Notes: a model not told the origin generated them from the sequence alone. A DNA stretch of 64,000 bases from Octopus vulgaris (GCA_951406725.2 OX597821.1:102300001-102364000), one strand, 5' to 3'. Counted from the stretch's first letter, positions 1 to 14,134 are shown. Program-made: numbers and translations.

Positions 1-47
1 TCACATGGATGTAGTATTAGAATGCTGTATTACTGCAGTATTCTTCC

Positions 48-1920
48 TGAAATCATGGGATTTCAGCAATTCTGCCACCTATGCTTGACAATTCTTGTCT
101 GCTAACTATACATCCATATGGGAGGATCTCTCAAGCCAAATAGTGTGGTAATATGGTGTTCTAACAATACATCCATGTTATGTCAGCTATAAAGATTACC
201 ATGCAATATTAATACTGCTTTCATTTGTTTTTTAATGAGCCTTCTGGCTATTTGCAACATCTGTGATTGAACAGTCATTGTTTTTGTATATATCGTTGCT
301 GGTGGAATTTGGCTGGCATGCAATAAGCAGATACCTGCTTCTGATAAAGCACATGTACACTGAAATCATGTGATCTAGCAGGTCTGCCATCCTTGCTAGT
401 TGATTCTCATCTGCTAAAGATATGTCTGTGCTCCTTAGCAATGTGCATCCATATTAGAGAATCTCTCAGGGTGAATATTGCAGCAATACAACATTCTAAC
501 AATACACCCATGTTGAGTTGGACATAAAGATTGCCATTCAGTATTAATACTGCTGTAGGGAATACGACCGTATGTAAGGAGTTGGTGACAAATGTCTTCT
601 TTTGAATGCCACATGGTCGTCCCTAGCAAAATAAGAAGCTAAATACATAATATAAAATACAATGCCAAAGGAATGAATGAAGGACAACAACCGTTCTACT
701 GTTTGAGAGAGAATAAGACTTTATTTACAAGGTGTACAAAGAGAGTGTGTGTGGGTGCTAGCAAAGTGTTTGTGTGCATGCGCGCGACAAGTATTTGTGT
801 CTGTGTGTTCGTGTGTGTGACAGAAGGTACAAATAATAGTGTATGCACATAAAACAGAAATACTGAGCATAAGATGAATGTCTCAGCATATTGAGTTAAG
901 ATGGAATTAGTTTACCAGTTCATGAGGTACACAATAGCAAACAGTTCTTTAACAAGATGTTGTGGACATGAAGCAGAGGCCGGTTGGGGCACATGCCGTG
1001 CAGCGCTTGGAGCCTCAATGCCGTGCCAAGTCTCTTGATACAGATAGTTCTTCGGGTAGACTGCAACTGTTTTACCTTGGTGCATATTCACAAACAGTGT
1101 GAGTTTTAAACCTGGTCAATGTTGGTGTGTACATATTTGAAGTTGATGGTGGTAATGGCGATGGTGGTGGAGATGTCCTGCACTGCTGGTGTACATTAGT
1201 GTTGTCATGGCTGGATCAGGAACATGGCTGGCTAGCTGATCGTCTGTTGCTGGAACTGGAACATGGCTGAGTATCTCTGTGGTTAGTGACCAGACCTTAG
1301 ATGGTCTAAAGTCAAAAAGACCCGGAATAGTGAATGCTGGCCTATTTATAGCCTGTTGTAGGCTCAAATGAAGGATCAGAAAAACAGTGCAGTGAGACCT
1401 TATCCAAAGGTCGTGATTGGTTGGCTTACACACTGGCGCGAAATAAGTCGAAAGACAAACTGTGCCAAATGCCAACCAATCAGAGCAGTGGACACAACAG
1501 GGTCAAGCTAGCCAAAGATGGTTGTAAATCTACCACGAGATTATTCCTTATATGTCTCTCAAACAGTGAGGATATCAATTACGCTACACTGCTATACTGC
1601 TTCCATCACTAGTATTTATTTTTAAAAGCCTGGCAACTATTTGCAACATCAGTAACTAAACAGTCACTGTGTCTATATATCACTGGCAGTGGAATTTGAC
1701 TGGCATGCAGTAAGCAGATGCCTGCTACTGATGAAGTGCATGTATGCTGAAGTCACATGATCTAGCAGTTCTACCACCCATGCCAGATGATTCTCATTTG
1801 CTAACAATACGTATGTGCTTCTTAGCACTTTATGTCTATATAAGAGGATCTCTCAAGATGAATAGCACAGTAATATGGTGTTTTAACAATACATTCATGT
1901 ACAGGATATAAAAATTGCCC
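48..1920. repeat. Degenerate ~330-bp tandem repeat, three copies (~48-220 partial, ~225-553, ~1600-1920), interrupted by a solo LTR
   Basis: The block ctaacaataca...catgt...ataaa.att.cc recurs in all three units; ctatttgcaacatc and ggaattt..ctggcatgca recur in units 2 and 3. Confidence 0.7.
554..1588 (-). mobile_element. Solo LTR (probably Gypsy-like)
   Basis: Termini TGTAG...CTACA; 4-bp TSD CTGC at 550-553 and 1589-1592; minus-strand TATAAATA (1343-1350) upstream of AATAAA (720-725). Confidence 0.7.
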
Positions 1921-3164
1921 TCTTCAGCAACTTTCTAATCCTTGTTCCAGGTAAGACCCATTCCACTCAGCTTACCTTCAACTAGTCTACATCTACACCA
2001 GGTGTTTTTAGACTGTCCTGGCTTTTACTTTTTAAATGGTGTCCATTTAATCCTTTAGTATTCAGATGATTCTGTCAAGTATAATACTTATTTATTCACA
2101 TTGCTTTGAATTAATTATGTATTATCTTGTAGCTTCAAGATTTTGATGATGTGATTGTTTATTTTTAAAATAACATTTTACGGTTAATGTGCGAGGCTGG
2201 TTTCTGGCTGGTTTGAGCATAAAACAGGTGGAATATTTTGGCCTGATATGGTCGCTTTAAATGCTATGTTTGGGACTCTTTTCACTGTCAGCATTTTATT
2301 TCGAGGATCTCAAGTATCAAACAAGGAGTTGTATCTTAAAAAGAGACACAAGATCAGATATGTTGATGGTGGGCATAGTCAATTTTTATCAACTGCAGGC
2401 ATCGGTGCCAGTACAGCTGTCTGACTAAGAAGCTTGCTTTCCATCCATGTGGTCATGAGTTCAGTTCCACTACATGGCACCTTAGGCAAAAGCTTTCTAC
2501 TTTGGCCCAGTTCACAGCACAGCTCCTTATTTGATACTCTGTTGGATCAGATGTAACAGACTTTCCTCTGGCTCCCATTGTGGAAAGTATTGCCCTTATT
2601 CACATTTTCTTTTATTATCCATTAGTATTGTGAGTCATACATTACAACAGATTTGACATTGCTTTTATAGAAAATATGTATCAGTGACAGAGGCAGTGTC
2701 AATACTGAAAGGTATTATCTATCCCCACTTAAACTCAGATGTATTGTAAGAACAAACTATACTGTTGTAGATATCATGGGAGAAACTCTCATATTGGCCT
2801 TTGGTGCAAAATGTATTCTTGTTTATATCACTAATGGAGAGATAAATCCCTGCCATCTTCAGTGCCAAGACTACCGGATCATGTGATTTCAACCATCCTT
2901 GGTTTCGTCAGTGGTAGACCCTCGACTGCTAACAGGTAGCAGCAATTCATCTCCCCACCAGTGATATATAAAATAACAGAGCCAGAACAGGCGCTGGTGT
3001 TGTGATTAGTCAGTGAACTTGTTAAAAAATATATATTAGTAACAAAGCTCATATTAATATTCTTTTCTACTGTAGGCACAAGATCCGAAATTTTTAGGAA
3101 GGGGGCAATTCGATTAGATCGACCCTAGTATGCAACTGGTACTTAATTTATTGACATTTTTGAT

Positions 3165-3516
3165 AATGAAGATGATAATAATGAATGATGGTGATAAAGA
3201 TGATAATGGAGATGGCAATGATGAAGGTGAAGATAGTAATGCTGAAGCTGATGTTGTGGCAATAATGATGACGATAGTAATGATGATGGTGAAAGATATG
3301 ATGACAAATGGTAATGATGATAGTGATGATGATGATGATGATGATAATGCTGATAATGATGGTGATAGTAATAATGATAATGGTAATGATGATGATGATG
3401 TTGATAGTAATGATGATGATGATAGTGATAATGATGGTGTTGGTGATGATGGCAATGATGGTTATAGTAATAATAACAAAAGTGATACAGATACTGTTGG
3501 TAATGGTAATAATGAT
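3165..3516. repeat. Degenerate (GAT/AAT)n microsatellite
   Basis: Visible trinucleotide repeat; it produces the spurious Asp/Asn-rich N-terminus of ORF 3130..3828. Confidence 0.9.
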
Positions 3517-3543
3517 GCTTTTTTCAAATTTTTGTACTTCCAG

Positions 3544-3824
3544 TTAGTTTCTCACCACTCCACTGTCATGGTTGTTCTTTACGACCTGGTGAAGGCCAGA
3601 TTCGAAGAACCGCAAGTAAAAAGCAATGAAACCCTGTCTTTGATAGGAGAAATAGAGCGAGCTGTTTATTCATGCAAGACAAAGTTAAGCGCTTGGTTAG
3701 CCAGACACCGTATCAAGGCAAATGCCTTGTCTCTAGATTCTCTTTTACCTGAACAGGTACGATCAAAGGACAAGATTAGTTCACAGATGAATGTTTATAT
3801 TTGGGTTAATCAACTCAAAACGAG
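3544..3824 (+). CDS. NSUN7: NSUN7-like methyltransferase, first coding exon in the window (earlier exons lie upstream)
   Basis: ttccag| acceptor and AG|gtaaat donor (phase 2). LVSHHSTVMVVLYDL...KTKLSAWLARHRIKANALSLDSLLPEQVR...YIWVNQLK resembles the NSUN7 N-terminal region (VMLYD...KLAAALARCRIK...LYAWIN). Confidence 0.9.
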
Positions 3825-3869
3825 GTAAATTATTATTTTCTTGTGTGTCTGTATCTTGTTTTTTTCATT

Positions 3870-4084
3870 ACCAACCCGGCTGAAACTGGCTCTAGTTTTG
3901 AGTACAAATGTCTTGTTTTTATAAGTTTTGAATTAAAATCTTTCACCAAACCTTAGTCACAATTTATGTTCCTAACACTAGCTCAATGATAACTAAGTTA
4001 TTTTACTAAATTCTTTGTTATATTTAAAGTAATTCAAAGAAACACAGAGCATCTCAAAATAAATATGGTAACGAAAGGGTTAAG
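3870..4084. mobile_element. piggyBac-like (TTAA) MITE, partial; related copy at ~44385-44615
   Basis: Ends ...gtaacgaaaggg|ttaa; the homologous inverted copy at 44385-44615 has ccctttt..ttac / gtaa..aaaaggg|ttaa TIRs. Confidence 0.5.
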
Positions 4085-4236
4085 AAAGGCAGGAAAGAAG
4101 AGAGAAATGAATGTATATATATATATATATATATATATAACGGGAAGCTTTATGAAAATAGACAAAAGACGAAGGCAGGTGGAAAACAAACAAACAATTG
4201 TATTAGTATGGCGCTCAGGAAATATAAATAAAACAA

Positions 4237-4274
4237 GTCTTTAACGTTTCGAGCCTACGCTCTTCAACAGAAAG
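4237..4274 (-). ncRNA. Minimal hammerhead-ribozyme-like motif (Penelope-type), A6>U variant
   Basis: Minus strand: CTTT CTGTTGA A GAGC gtag GCTC GAAAC GTT AAAG. Confidence 0.45.
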
Positions 4275-4340
4275 ATACACAGAGAGAAAAAAAACACAGA
4301 AAGAAGGAGAGAAAAAAAAAAAAATGCGTGCAGTAACTAA

Positions 4341-4552
<212 letters not shown>

Positions 4553-4854
4553 TTAAAAATGAAAAAATTGGATTATCTCCCCAATTGAAAAATTGTTTAA
4601 CTCTCTATAAAGCAAAAAAAAAAAGAAGAAAAATGAATAATCATGAAAAGTGAAAATATTATTGAATCAGATAATATTTGTGTAACAAACCATACAAAAC
4701 TGAAAAATTTAATAAACATGAAAACTGAAAAAACTAAACATCTTACTGAATCTAATAATATTTTTATAACAAAATAATACCATGCGCATTGAGGGGGGCC
4801 AAAAGTTAACAATATGTTGAAGTACTGAATCAAAAGGATCTAACTCTTTTAGTG

Positions 4855-5220
4855 GCACTCTGTCGGTTATGACAACGAGGGTTCCAGTTGAACTGATCAA
4901 CGGAATAGCCTGCTCATGAAATTAACGTGCAAGTGGCTGAGCACTCCAGAAACATGTGTACCCTTAATGTAGTTCTCAGGGAGATTCAGCGTGACACAGG
5001 CTGGCCCTTTGAAATACAGGTACAACAGAAACAGGAAGAAAGAGTGAGAGAAAATTGTGGTGAAAGAGTACAGCAGAGTTCGCCACCACCACCTGCCGGA
5101 GCCTCGTGGAGCTTTAAGTGTTTTCGCTCAATAAACACTCATAATGCCCGGTCTGGGGATTGAAACCGCAATCCTATAACAGCGAGTTTGCTGCCCTAAC
5201 CACTGAGCCATTGCGCCTCC
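4855..5220 (-). mobile_element. tRNA-derived SINE family C; other copies at ~5810-6110(+), 14700-14997(-), 21130-21412(-), 31210-31520(+), 38945-39183(-), 56770-57090(+)
   Basis: Head GGAGGCGCAATGGCCTAGTGGTTAGGGCAG...GGTTTCGATTCCC (A/B-box-like) and a shared body across copies. Confidence 0.8.
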
Positions 5221-6919
5221 TATATGTATATTTTGCTTAGGCATAGTGAGACTAACGCTCTGATGTCCAGAACACAATGTTAGATGAGCATAGAGTGGTA
5301 ACAGAAACAAAGAGATGACACCGGAAATAATAAATGTTATATAATGAACTTCATAACCAAAAAGTACCAAAAAGGTAGCCACTATGTTCATTATATTATG
5401 ATTATCATAGTTTGAATCCTAATCATAAATATGATGCAGGGGAGATTACTTGTGAACAAAATAAAAAAATAACTCATTCCGTAGATCCTTAATTAGCTGA
5501 ATTGCAATTACAAAACCTTTTCTGAAATACTGATAAATGCTGAAGATGAACAATTGTTTTGATATAGACGTTTATAATCGTGTCTCAGCACAGAAAGGAG
5601 AAGTGAACAGTAAGATAGATAAAAAAAAAAGAAGAAAAAAGAAAAGGACATGAAAGATGAAAGAAAACTTAGGGAGCTGAAGGAAAGTAATAAATAAATA
5701 AATTATTAAATAAAGGTTTTCTACTTCAATTCTTGTTACTCTGATCTGAGTAAATACGCCTCATTTAGGGTGGTTGTGATCGGTTTTGTAAATACAATCA
5801 TGTCTGATGTGGAGACACATGGCCTAGTGGTTAGAGCAGCGGACTCGTGGTTGAGGGATCGTAGGTTCGAATCTCAGACTGGGCGATGTTTGTGTTTATG
5901 AGCGAAACATCTAAGCTCCACGTGGCTCTGGCAGAAGGTAATGGCGAAACTTCTGCTGACTCTTTTGCCACAACTTTCTCTCACTCTTTCCTCCTGCATC
6001 TTGCAGCTCACCTGCGATGGACTGGCATCCTGTCCAGGTGGGGAACCTATATGCCAAGGAAACTGGGAAACCGGCCCTTATGAGCCAGGCATGGCTTGAG
6101 AAGGAACAAACATCATGTCTGATACCATTGAACACCATCAATTTGACATGTTTATTGTTCAGAATTAGTCTTTTTTCAGGTGTACAGTGGTTACATTGTT
6201 GCTGCCATTCACATAAGACTTATACATATCAACAATTCTCTAGCTAATGACACAGTTTACAGACTTTTCTCACAATAACCATATGTAATTTGATAGTAAT
6301 GCAGCATCTTTCTCAATGTCTCTGACATAAGAGGTGATATTATGAAACCATCTTTTAAATGGCCCTTCACTTCCAATATACACCCTCAGGATGGTCCCCT
6401 GGTTCAAGTATAAAGATTTTACTGGCCTGTGCATTGCAAGCATGCAGCACTACATATATATATATATATATATGAGAAATCAGCCTCCATGGGCCAACTT
6501 TGTCAATCATCCTTCCTCGGTTGATAAAATAAGGTGCTTATCAAGAACTGGAAGTGTTATAATCTACCGTCCCTCTTCAGATTTCTGATCTTTTACCTAT
6601 GTTACAAGTAAGTATTAACCTTGTGTCTTAATCATTAATTGAATTGAAAACTCAAGAAAAATCCAAGATTTTCAAGGGAAGAAATGTATATATGGGTAAA
6701 TGTCCACAATATCAAAGTGGATGTATTTGCTGGCTACTTCATTTCCAATGCCATGGAATGAATTAACAATAATAACACTGCAGTTCTACCATTTTAAATT
6801 CATGTTGCTTCTAATTTCGAGGTTGATATGGCTGAGAATATGCTTGTTAATTATTTCTAACTTGGTTTTGAAAGGTTTGATTAACATATATTTGGGATAA
6901 GAAAGGATACAGTTCTATA

Positions 6920-7063
6920 TTTAAGAGATGAGGAATTATGTACATTATTTACATTTGACGGATATTCGTCCTCATCTTATTTGTTGTTAACACAACATTT
7001 CAGCTGATAAACCCTCCAGCCTTCATCAGGTGTCTTGGGGAAATTTCAAACCTAGGTTCTCAT
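6920..7063 (-). mobile_element. Hammerhead-bearing repeat fragment (same family as 48561-48886)
   Basis: Minus strand: GACAC CTGATGA A GGCTG..CAGCT GAAAT GTT GTGTT (6989-7034); near-identical to ~48561-48670. Confidence 0.65.
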
Positions 7064-8160
7064 TGTCATCGTACGAAATATATCAGAAAGCAATAAAAAC
7101 AAACTTATAAATTGACTAAATATGCATTTCTTGTCTAAATCTGTCTGACTATGAGGAAAGCCTCAGGAAAATCCTCTGAATAGGTAAGTTTTTGATCTCT
7201 GCTGCAAAGGACAGTAAAGGCATCAGCACTTCAAGAGAAAAGAAATGTTGACAACCTGTCTACTGGATTAACAAGACTGAAAAACAAGCAGTAAAATATC
7301 TGCTTTCTCTGTCTTTCTCTTTCTTGAGCACTCACTTTTGTTTCTTTTCTCGAAAATAATAGAATGCAAAGAAAATAACATCACTGCTCTTACTATGATG
7401 GAACACAAGCAGTAAAAAATTTGCTTTTCCTTCCCAATGTTTCTGTTGACGACACCACTGAAAGGCAAGCAGTAAAGTATCAATAATCAATTATGTATTT
7501 ATTTCTTTATTGTCCACAGGGAGCTAAACATAGAGGGGACAAACAAGGACAGGCAAAGGGATTAAGTCGATGACATCAACAACAGGGCATAACTGGTACC
7601 TAGTTAATTGACCCCGAAAGGATGAAAGGCAAAGTCGACTTCAGCGGAATTTGAACTCAGAACATAACGGCAGATGAAATACCGCTAAACATTTCGCCCA
7701 GTGTGCTAACAATTCTGCCAGCTTGCCACCCTATAATCAATTATATATTACATAAAAATTATTTATTGTGGAACAATAGTAAGGCATGCAGTGCGTGCGT
7801 TGCATACATTGACCCTTCACCCTAGTATGTATGTATGTATGTATGTATGTATATCCTGAAGACAAATATATATTTATTACAAGCATGCATGAGTACATAA
7901 TACATAAATACATATGCACATATATACGTACATACACGAATACTTGCATATCTACATGACTTCCAGGTTGATGTCTAAATTCCAATGAAAGGACCTTTTT
8001 GGGGGTTGAAGACTGACTCTTTATCTATTGGCAAGACAGTTGAATAATTAAACCACAAGGACATTCATATATGCACATACATATATATATAGATGTATGT
8101 ATACACATACTAATATACATTCATTACATAGTTTTTTTTCTTTTACTTTTTATTTTTCAG

Positions 8161-8341
8161 TATAGAGAAAGTAATAGATATCTTCTCGGAAGAGGGCTTC
8201 GTACTGACAACTGACAACACAGAACGAGGCAAAGTATTTGCCAGAGATCGTCATTGTTCCGATGTTCTTGTCTTCCCACCTGCTTTTAAAATGTATCTGA
8301 GGCAACACCAACTCTTTAAAGATGGAAACATAGTACTACAG
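8161..8341 (+). CDS. NSUN7: NSUN7-like exon (not in the ORF track)
   Basis: tttttcag| acceptor, CAG|gtatgt donor, phase 2 to 0. IEKVIDIFSEEGF...VFARDRHCSDVLVFP...LFKDGNIVLQ matches NSUN7 and joins the next exon to give the family QDKS motif. Confidence 0.9.
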
Positions 8342-8621
8342 GTATGTGGTGGTGATGGTGGTGGTGAAAGTGGTGGTGGGAGCTTTGTTAAGGCATGGTG
8401 GTAAGTGCTACAGTCATTCTGGTAGTAATGTTGTAGTAGTAGTAGTAGTAGTAGTAGTAGTAAAGAGTATAATGATGAATGGTAGGACAAAGGTGGTATT
8501 GGTTACAGTATTGATAGTTGTTCACGGTAGCGAGTGATAATAATTATTGAACTGGATGATGAGGATTCTCATATTGAAATGAAACGAGTTACTATGAGTA
8601 ATCAATCATACCTTTAACTCC

Positions 8622-8658
<37 letters not shown>

Positions 8659-8806
8659 TCATCATCATCATCATCATCATCATTTAGCGTCCGTTTTCCA
8701 TGCTAGCATGGGTTGGACGGTTCAACTGGGGTCTGGGGAGCCCGAAGGCTGCACCAGGCCAGTCAGATCTGGCAGTGTTTCTACAGCTGGATGCCCTTCC
8801 TAACGC

Positions 8807-8887
<81 letters not shown>

Positions 8888-8893
8888 GTGGGG

Positions 8894-9365
8894 AGAGCAA
8901 TAAGAAAATGGAGGGGATCAATAGGTGGTATTCATCAACTTTTAGACATTATATTATGTCAATTTATTTATTTATTTACTAAAATGACAATTACAACAAT
9001 ATACATACATGTATAACATTCTGCTTTACATTTATAATATATAAAGATACCAGTACTCCCTTCTAAACACATCTAATATGTATGTACCTATGAGTATGTA
9101 TATATATATGTATGTTCCTCATGTATATGCAGTTTCGTTCTTACATAACTAAAATATATTGATTTTATAAATTACAATATAACTCCTCTTGTAACTTTCT
9201 CATACCTCTGTTTATATTTTATCTAATATGAATAATATAATATGTTATACATGTATGTATATTGTTGTAATTGTCATTTTAGTAAATAAATAAATAAATT
9301 CATATAATATAATGTCTAAAAGTTGATGAACCACCTATTGGTCCCCTCCATTTTCTTATTGCTCT
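8894..9365. repeat. Inverted repeat with ~125-bp arms (8894-9019 / 9242-9365)
   Basis: agagcaataagaaaatggagggga...gtataacat pairs with atgttatac...tcccctccattttcttattgctct. Confidence 0.85.
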
Positions 9366-9533
9366 ATAAATTAATGGTAAAATAACTCTTTAACCTCACC
9401 CATTTATTACACTCGGTAATGTAATTGCAATGCAATAGAAAAACACTTGTGTATTAATAATTGGGTATTCTGCCAGCAGTATATTGGATAGATATTATCC
9501 CTTAGTTGGTTGGATTCAAAACCAACTTTCTTG

Positions 9534-9595
<62 letters not shown>

Positions 9596-9725
9596 GGATA
9601 ATATCGTTAATTTGAATACCAATCTTATCAGGTGGCCAGCATGGGAATAAAATCCTTCAAAGGTAATAATTATTATTAAAATTATAATTTAGGGTATCTA
9701 AGAAATAGCGGAATTTAGGGTATCA

Positions 9726-9947
9726 CTGGAAATAGCGGCTGTAACTTGACTCTAAAACCACACTAAATGTTTATACAGCACCAAGAGGGAAGACAAAATA
9801 AACTAGCAAAAAAATTACTGGATAATTCCAGAACCTGGATTTCTGGCTTTGCATAAGAAATGCTCTGCCTTCATCAGTGTCTTCTCTCCTGGTGCTGTAT
9901 AAACATTTAATGTGGTTTTAGAGTCAAGTTATGGCTGCTATTTCCAG
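9726..9947. repeat. Inverted repeat with ~70-bp arms; degenerate hammerhead-like core in the loop
   Basis: Arms 9726-9794 / 9879-9947; minus strand CTGATGA A GGC...GCC A GAAA at ~9839-9877. Confidence 0.7.
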
Positions 9948-11169
9948 CGTGGTGGTATCTCTGAAATGTTTGGAGAGGGGGGCGGGCAGTCGATTTAATC
10001 GACCCCAGTACGCAACTGGTACTTAATTTATCGACTCCAAAAGGATGAAAGGCAAAGTCGACCTTGGTGGAATTTGAAATCAGAACGTAAAGACAGACGA
10101 AATACTGCTAAGTATTTCACCTGGTGTGCTAACATTTCTGCCAGCTCACTGCCTTTGAGAGACTATATAGTGACAACATACTGTGCCAATGTATTGTATT
10201 TTGTATAACAGAGTGTTTGTGTGTGTGTGTGTGTGTGTATGTGCACAGGGGGTATAATGCATGTATGTGTACTTGGTAGAAACTATGTGTACGTGTGCTG
10301 TAGTATATAGGTTGAAAGATGTGATAGTGATTGTACAAGACAGCATTATGTGTGGTATGTAGCCATTCTCCTATAGGTGTGTGTGTTTGTGTGAATAGGT
10401 ATAGGATGTAGCTATTCTTCTATGTATGTGTTTGTGTGGGTGTGGGTCAATGATATACCTCCTCCTCCTCACTTCTCCTTCTTCTTCTTCTTCTTCTTCT
10501 TCTTCTTCTTCTTCTTCTTCTTCTTCTTCCTCTTTCTTTGTGTATGTGTGTGTGTGTGTTTGTGTCTATCTTTCTTATTTCTTCTCCACCTCTTTCTTCT
10601 TCTTCTTCTTCTTCTCCCCTCCTTCCCCCCTCCTCTTTTGTACATATGTGTGTGTCTGCACATGAGTGCATGCATGCGTATGTGCATACGCTATACTTTC
10701 TTTTCCTCCCTCCTCCACCATCTCCTTTGTGCACGAAGTCTGTGCATGTATATGCATGCATTTTGCATGTGTGTACATGTATTTGGGTGTGCATGCATAC
10801 ATGCATACAGTACGTCTATATCATTGAGCATGGGGGTTGACTTGCATCATTAGATATTGTCTGGTGTTGCTAACAAGAGATGTTAGATACGATAAATATT
10901 AATTGAAGGCCGTCATTGCTTTAGTTCTTGGTTTCTAGGTGATTAATGCAGGATTAGAATTGTCTTTAAAAAATATGAATATAACAGGTGCTTGATCTTG
11001 TGTGTTTGCATTGAATAAATAGTGCATGTCTGGTCTTGTATATGTATATAAAAGGGTAAGGATCCCCTTCGGTAATGAATAACCACGGGATTACAGCTAG
11101 GAAGTTCCCCTCCAAGGCAAAAGTCCAGGCAAGGTTGTTTATGGAAGACCAGCAGTCACCCATATATAT

Positions 11170-11400
11170 ATTTCTTTACTACCCACAAGGGGCTAAACAC
11201 AGAGAGGACAAACAAGGACAGACAAAGGGATTAAGTCGATTACATCGACCCCAGTGCGCAACTGGTACTTAATTTATCGACCCCGAAAGGATGAAAGGCA
11301 AAGTCGACCTCGGCGGAATTTGAACTCAGAACGTAACGGCAGACGAAATACGGCCATGCATTTCGCCCGGCGTGCTAACGTTTCTGCCAGCTCGCCGCCT
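11170..11400 (-). mobile_element. tRNA-derived SINE family B; many copies (~7497-7735-, 9985-10155-, 15360-15560+, 18350-18582-, 21420-21930+, 47200-47740+, 48040-48380-, 55282-55900+, 56260-56430+, 59980-60135-, 62930-63350-)
   Basis: Head GGCGGCGAGCTGGCAGAA...GAGTTCAAATTCC and conserved core GTCGACTTTGCCTTTCATCCTTTCGGGGTCGATAAATTAAGTACCAG. Confidence 0.85.
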
Positions 11401-12020
11401 TCATATATATACAAGTCTCACCTCTCCATGATGCAAAGGGGCCGATGCAAAGGGGCTGATACAGCTTGGCACCAGTGATGTTGCATCTCGTTTCTACAGC
11501 AGAGTGAACTGGAACAACGTGAAATAAAGTGTCTTGCTCAAGGATACATCACAAACACACACACACACACACACAAGCCAAAACAGATTATGGAACTTAG
11601 TATGGCCTCTGAACATTCCAGTTCCTGAAAAACTGTCCAAACCATACCAACATGGAAAATGGATGTTACATGATGATGATGATGATGATGATGATGACAA
11701 CGACGACGAAGACAATGATGACGAGGATGATGATGATAATGATGATAAGAATAATAATAATAATAATATATATATATATAAACTAGCAGCTAAGCCTGGT
11801 TTCACCTGGTCAGTTTGGATGATGTGGTTGTAAAACCTGCTCTGTGTAAGCATTCGACTTGTTTGGGCATGCTTACGTTAAAAAACAATTTTAGAATGAC
11901 TTTTTTCTGTCAAAATGCTAAAAATAACTGACCAACAAAAAAAAAACAACTAAGATTCAACCAAATCAAAAAATAAACCCAAATACTAAGTGAACAAAGA
12001 TGAACCATCCCACTTCCATT

Positions 12021-12052
<32 letters not shown>

Positions 12053-12483
12053 TCACATACCTCCCCTTTTACATACACACACATATTCACACAGAGTTGA
12101 AATGCTGTTTGATTTATTTTTTCAGTGTACATTACCAAGTATGACATCACCCCTTCCTTCCTTATTCATCTATCAACCCTTCCTTTCTCATTCATAAACA
12201 CAAGAGTATTATTATAGTAGATTATCTCAGTAAGCATGGGAGCTATGAAAAAAATACAAAGTCCAGCATCACTACTGGATCATTCCAGTGTAATTTTCGT
12301 GCAATTCCACCCAGCCATTTGACTGTGAATCCCAAGACAAGACTCGCCCATGTCAAATTTATATGTATAGATTATGAGTTAGAGGTTAACAGTAAATGTT
12401 ATTTTAAATATAATTAATCTATGACCATTTAATACCAATGATCAACTTCTAATTGTTAATTGTTGCTCCATTTCTTTTGGTTT

Positions 12484-12537
<54 letters not shown>

Positions 12538-12605
12538 GATAGATAGATAGATAGATAGATATAGATGATAGATAGATAGGTAGGTAGGTAGATAGATAGA
12601 TAGAT

Positions 12606-12656
<51 letters not shown>

Positions 12657-12774
12657 TGTACATATACACATGCATATATAACAAAAATATGTATAAGCAT
12701 GGCCTTTATGGACATGAAACCCAGGGTGATTCCATAAACTGGCTTTATCTAACTTTATACATACATACATACAT

Positions 12775-12865
<91 letters not shown>

Positions 12866-13929
12866 TATACATATATATACACACACACATACAAATATAT
12901 ATGCATATACACACACACACACACATATATATATAAAAGGTAAGGGGAAGGGTAAAGACCACCTTTGGTCATGAAAGGTTGTTTATGGAAGACCAGCAAT
13001 CGCCAATGCATACCAGCCTCCCCTCTCAATGCCACTGATGTTATCCAAGGGAAAGGCAAAGTTTGACACAGCTTGGCATCAGGGATGCTGCAACTCATTT
13101 CTACTGCTTAGTGAACTGGAACAATGTGAAATAAAGTGTCTTGCTCAAGAACACTACACACAGACTGGTCTGGGAATCGAACTCACAACATCATGGTTGT
13201 AAGCCCAATGCTCTAACCACTGAGCCGTGCCATTCACATATGTGCATATGTACATGTAGGTATGATTGCGCATTTGTGTTTGTGTGTGCAGACCCTGTTC
13301 CATCTCCTGTCAGTATTTGTGAGTAAGTGTATGATATAACGTTTGTGAATTTGTGTGTGTGTGTGTGTGTGAATATAGTATTATAGGTGTGTGTATGTGT
13401 GTGCATATTGTGTGTGTGTGTGTGAACATGCAATGTGTGCATGTTTTTGCAATATAATTTGTCTCTGCACACGCAGACAATGGCTATAGTTATTCTATGT
13501 GTTTGCAAGTATATGAACGTAATTTGTATGTGTATGTCTGTGTGTGTACAATGTGTGTGTATGTTGTATGCATGTGTGTTGTGTATGTTATGTGTGTATA
13601 TTTTTCATATGTGCCTATATGTTGCATGTGTGTGTAAGTGTTTGTGTGTGTGTGTGTGTGTGTGAGTAGCATGTGTAAGTGTGTTGTGTATATGTACTTC
13701 TGTGCAGTATATATGTATACATATGTGTGTGTACCTTGTGTATGCAAATTCATCTATATTTGCATGTGTGTGTGTATGTGTGATGTGTATGTATTGCACA
13801 TGTCTTTGATGTGTATGTGTGTGTGTTGTGCATGGGTGTGTGTGTGTATATATATATATGTGTGTGTGTAAGTGTGCATGAATTTATGCATCTTTTTGCC
13901 CCATAACTTTCATTTTGTTTCATTGTCAG

Positions 13930-14134
13930 GACAAGTCAAGTTGCATTGCACCACTGTCTGTGGCACCTTTGATTCAAGAGGATGATGAAGTGATGCATGT
14001 CAACATAGGTTCAGCCCTAGCTACAGCTCATATGGCCAGTCTGCTCTGCTCCATCAAATGTCGTATTTGGGGCCTGGTGGACCCAAACCATCTTAAATCT
14101 GCTCAGAAAAATCTAGAATTTCTGGACATCAAAA
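13930..14134 (+). CDS. NSUN7: NSUN7-like exon (SAM-binding motif I region)
   Basis: tgtcag| acceptor; DKSSCIAPLSVAPLIQEDDEVMHVNIGSALATAHMASLL...; donor A|gtatcc (phase 1). Confidence 0.9.

Noticed and set aside
3114-3547. Poly-Asp/Ser/Met ORFs, including the N-terminal part of ORF 3130..3828
   Set aside because: Translations of a (GAT)n microsatellite; the real exon starts at the 3543/3544 acceptor.
10129-13871. Dense cluster of overlapping HT/CV/YI-rich ORFs
   Set aside because: Open frames through CA/TA/TTC microsatellites inside an intron.
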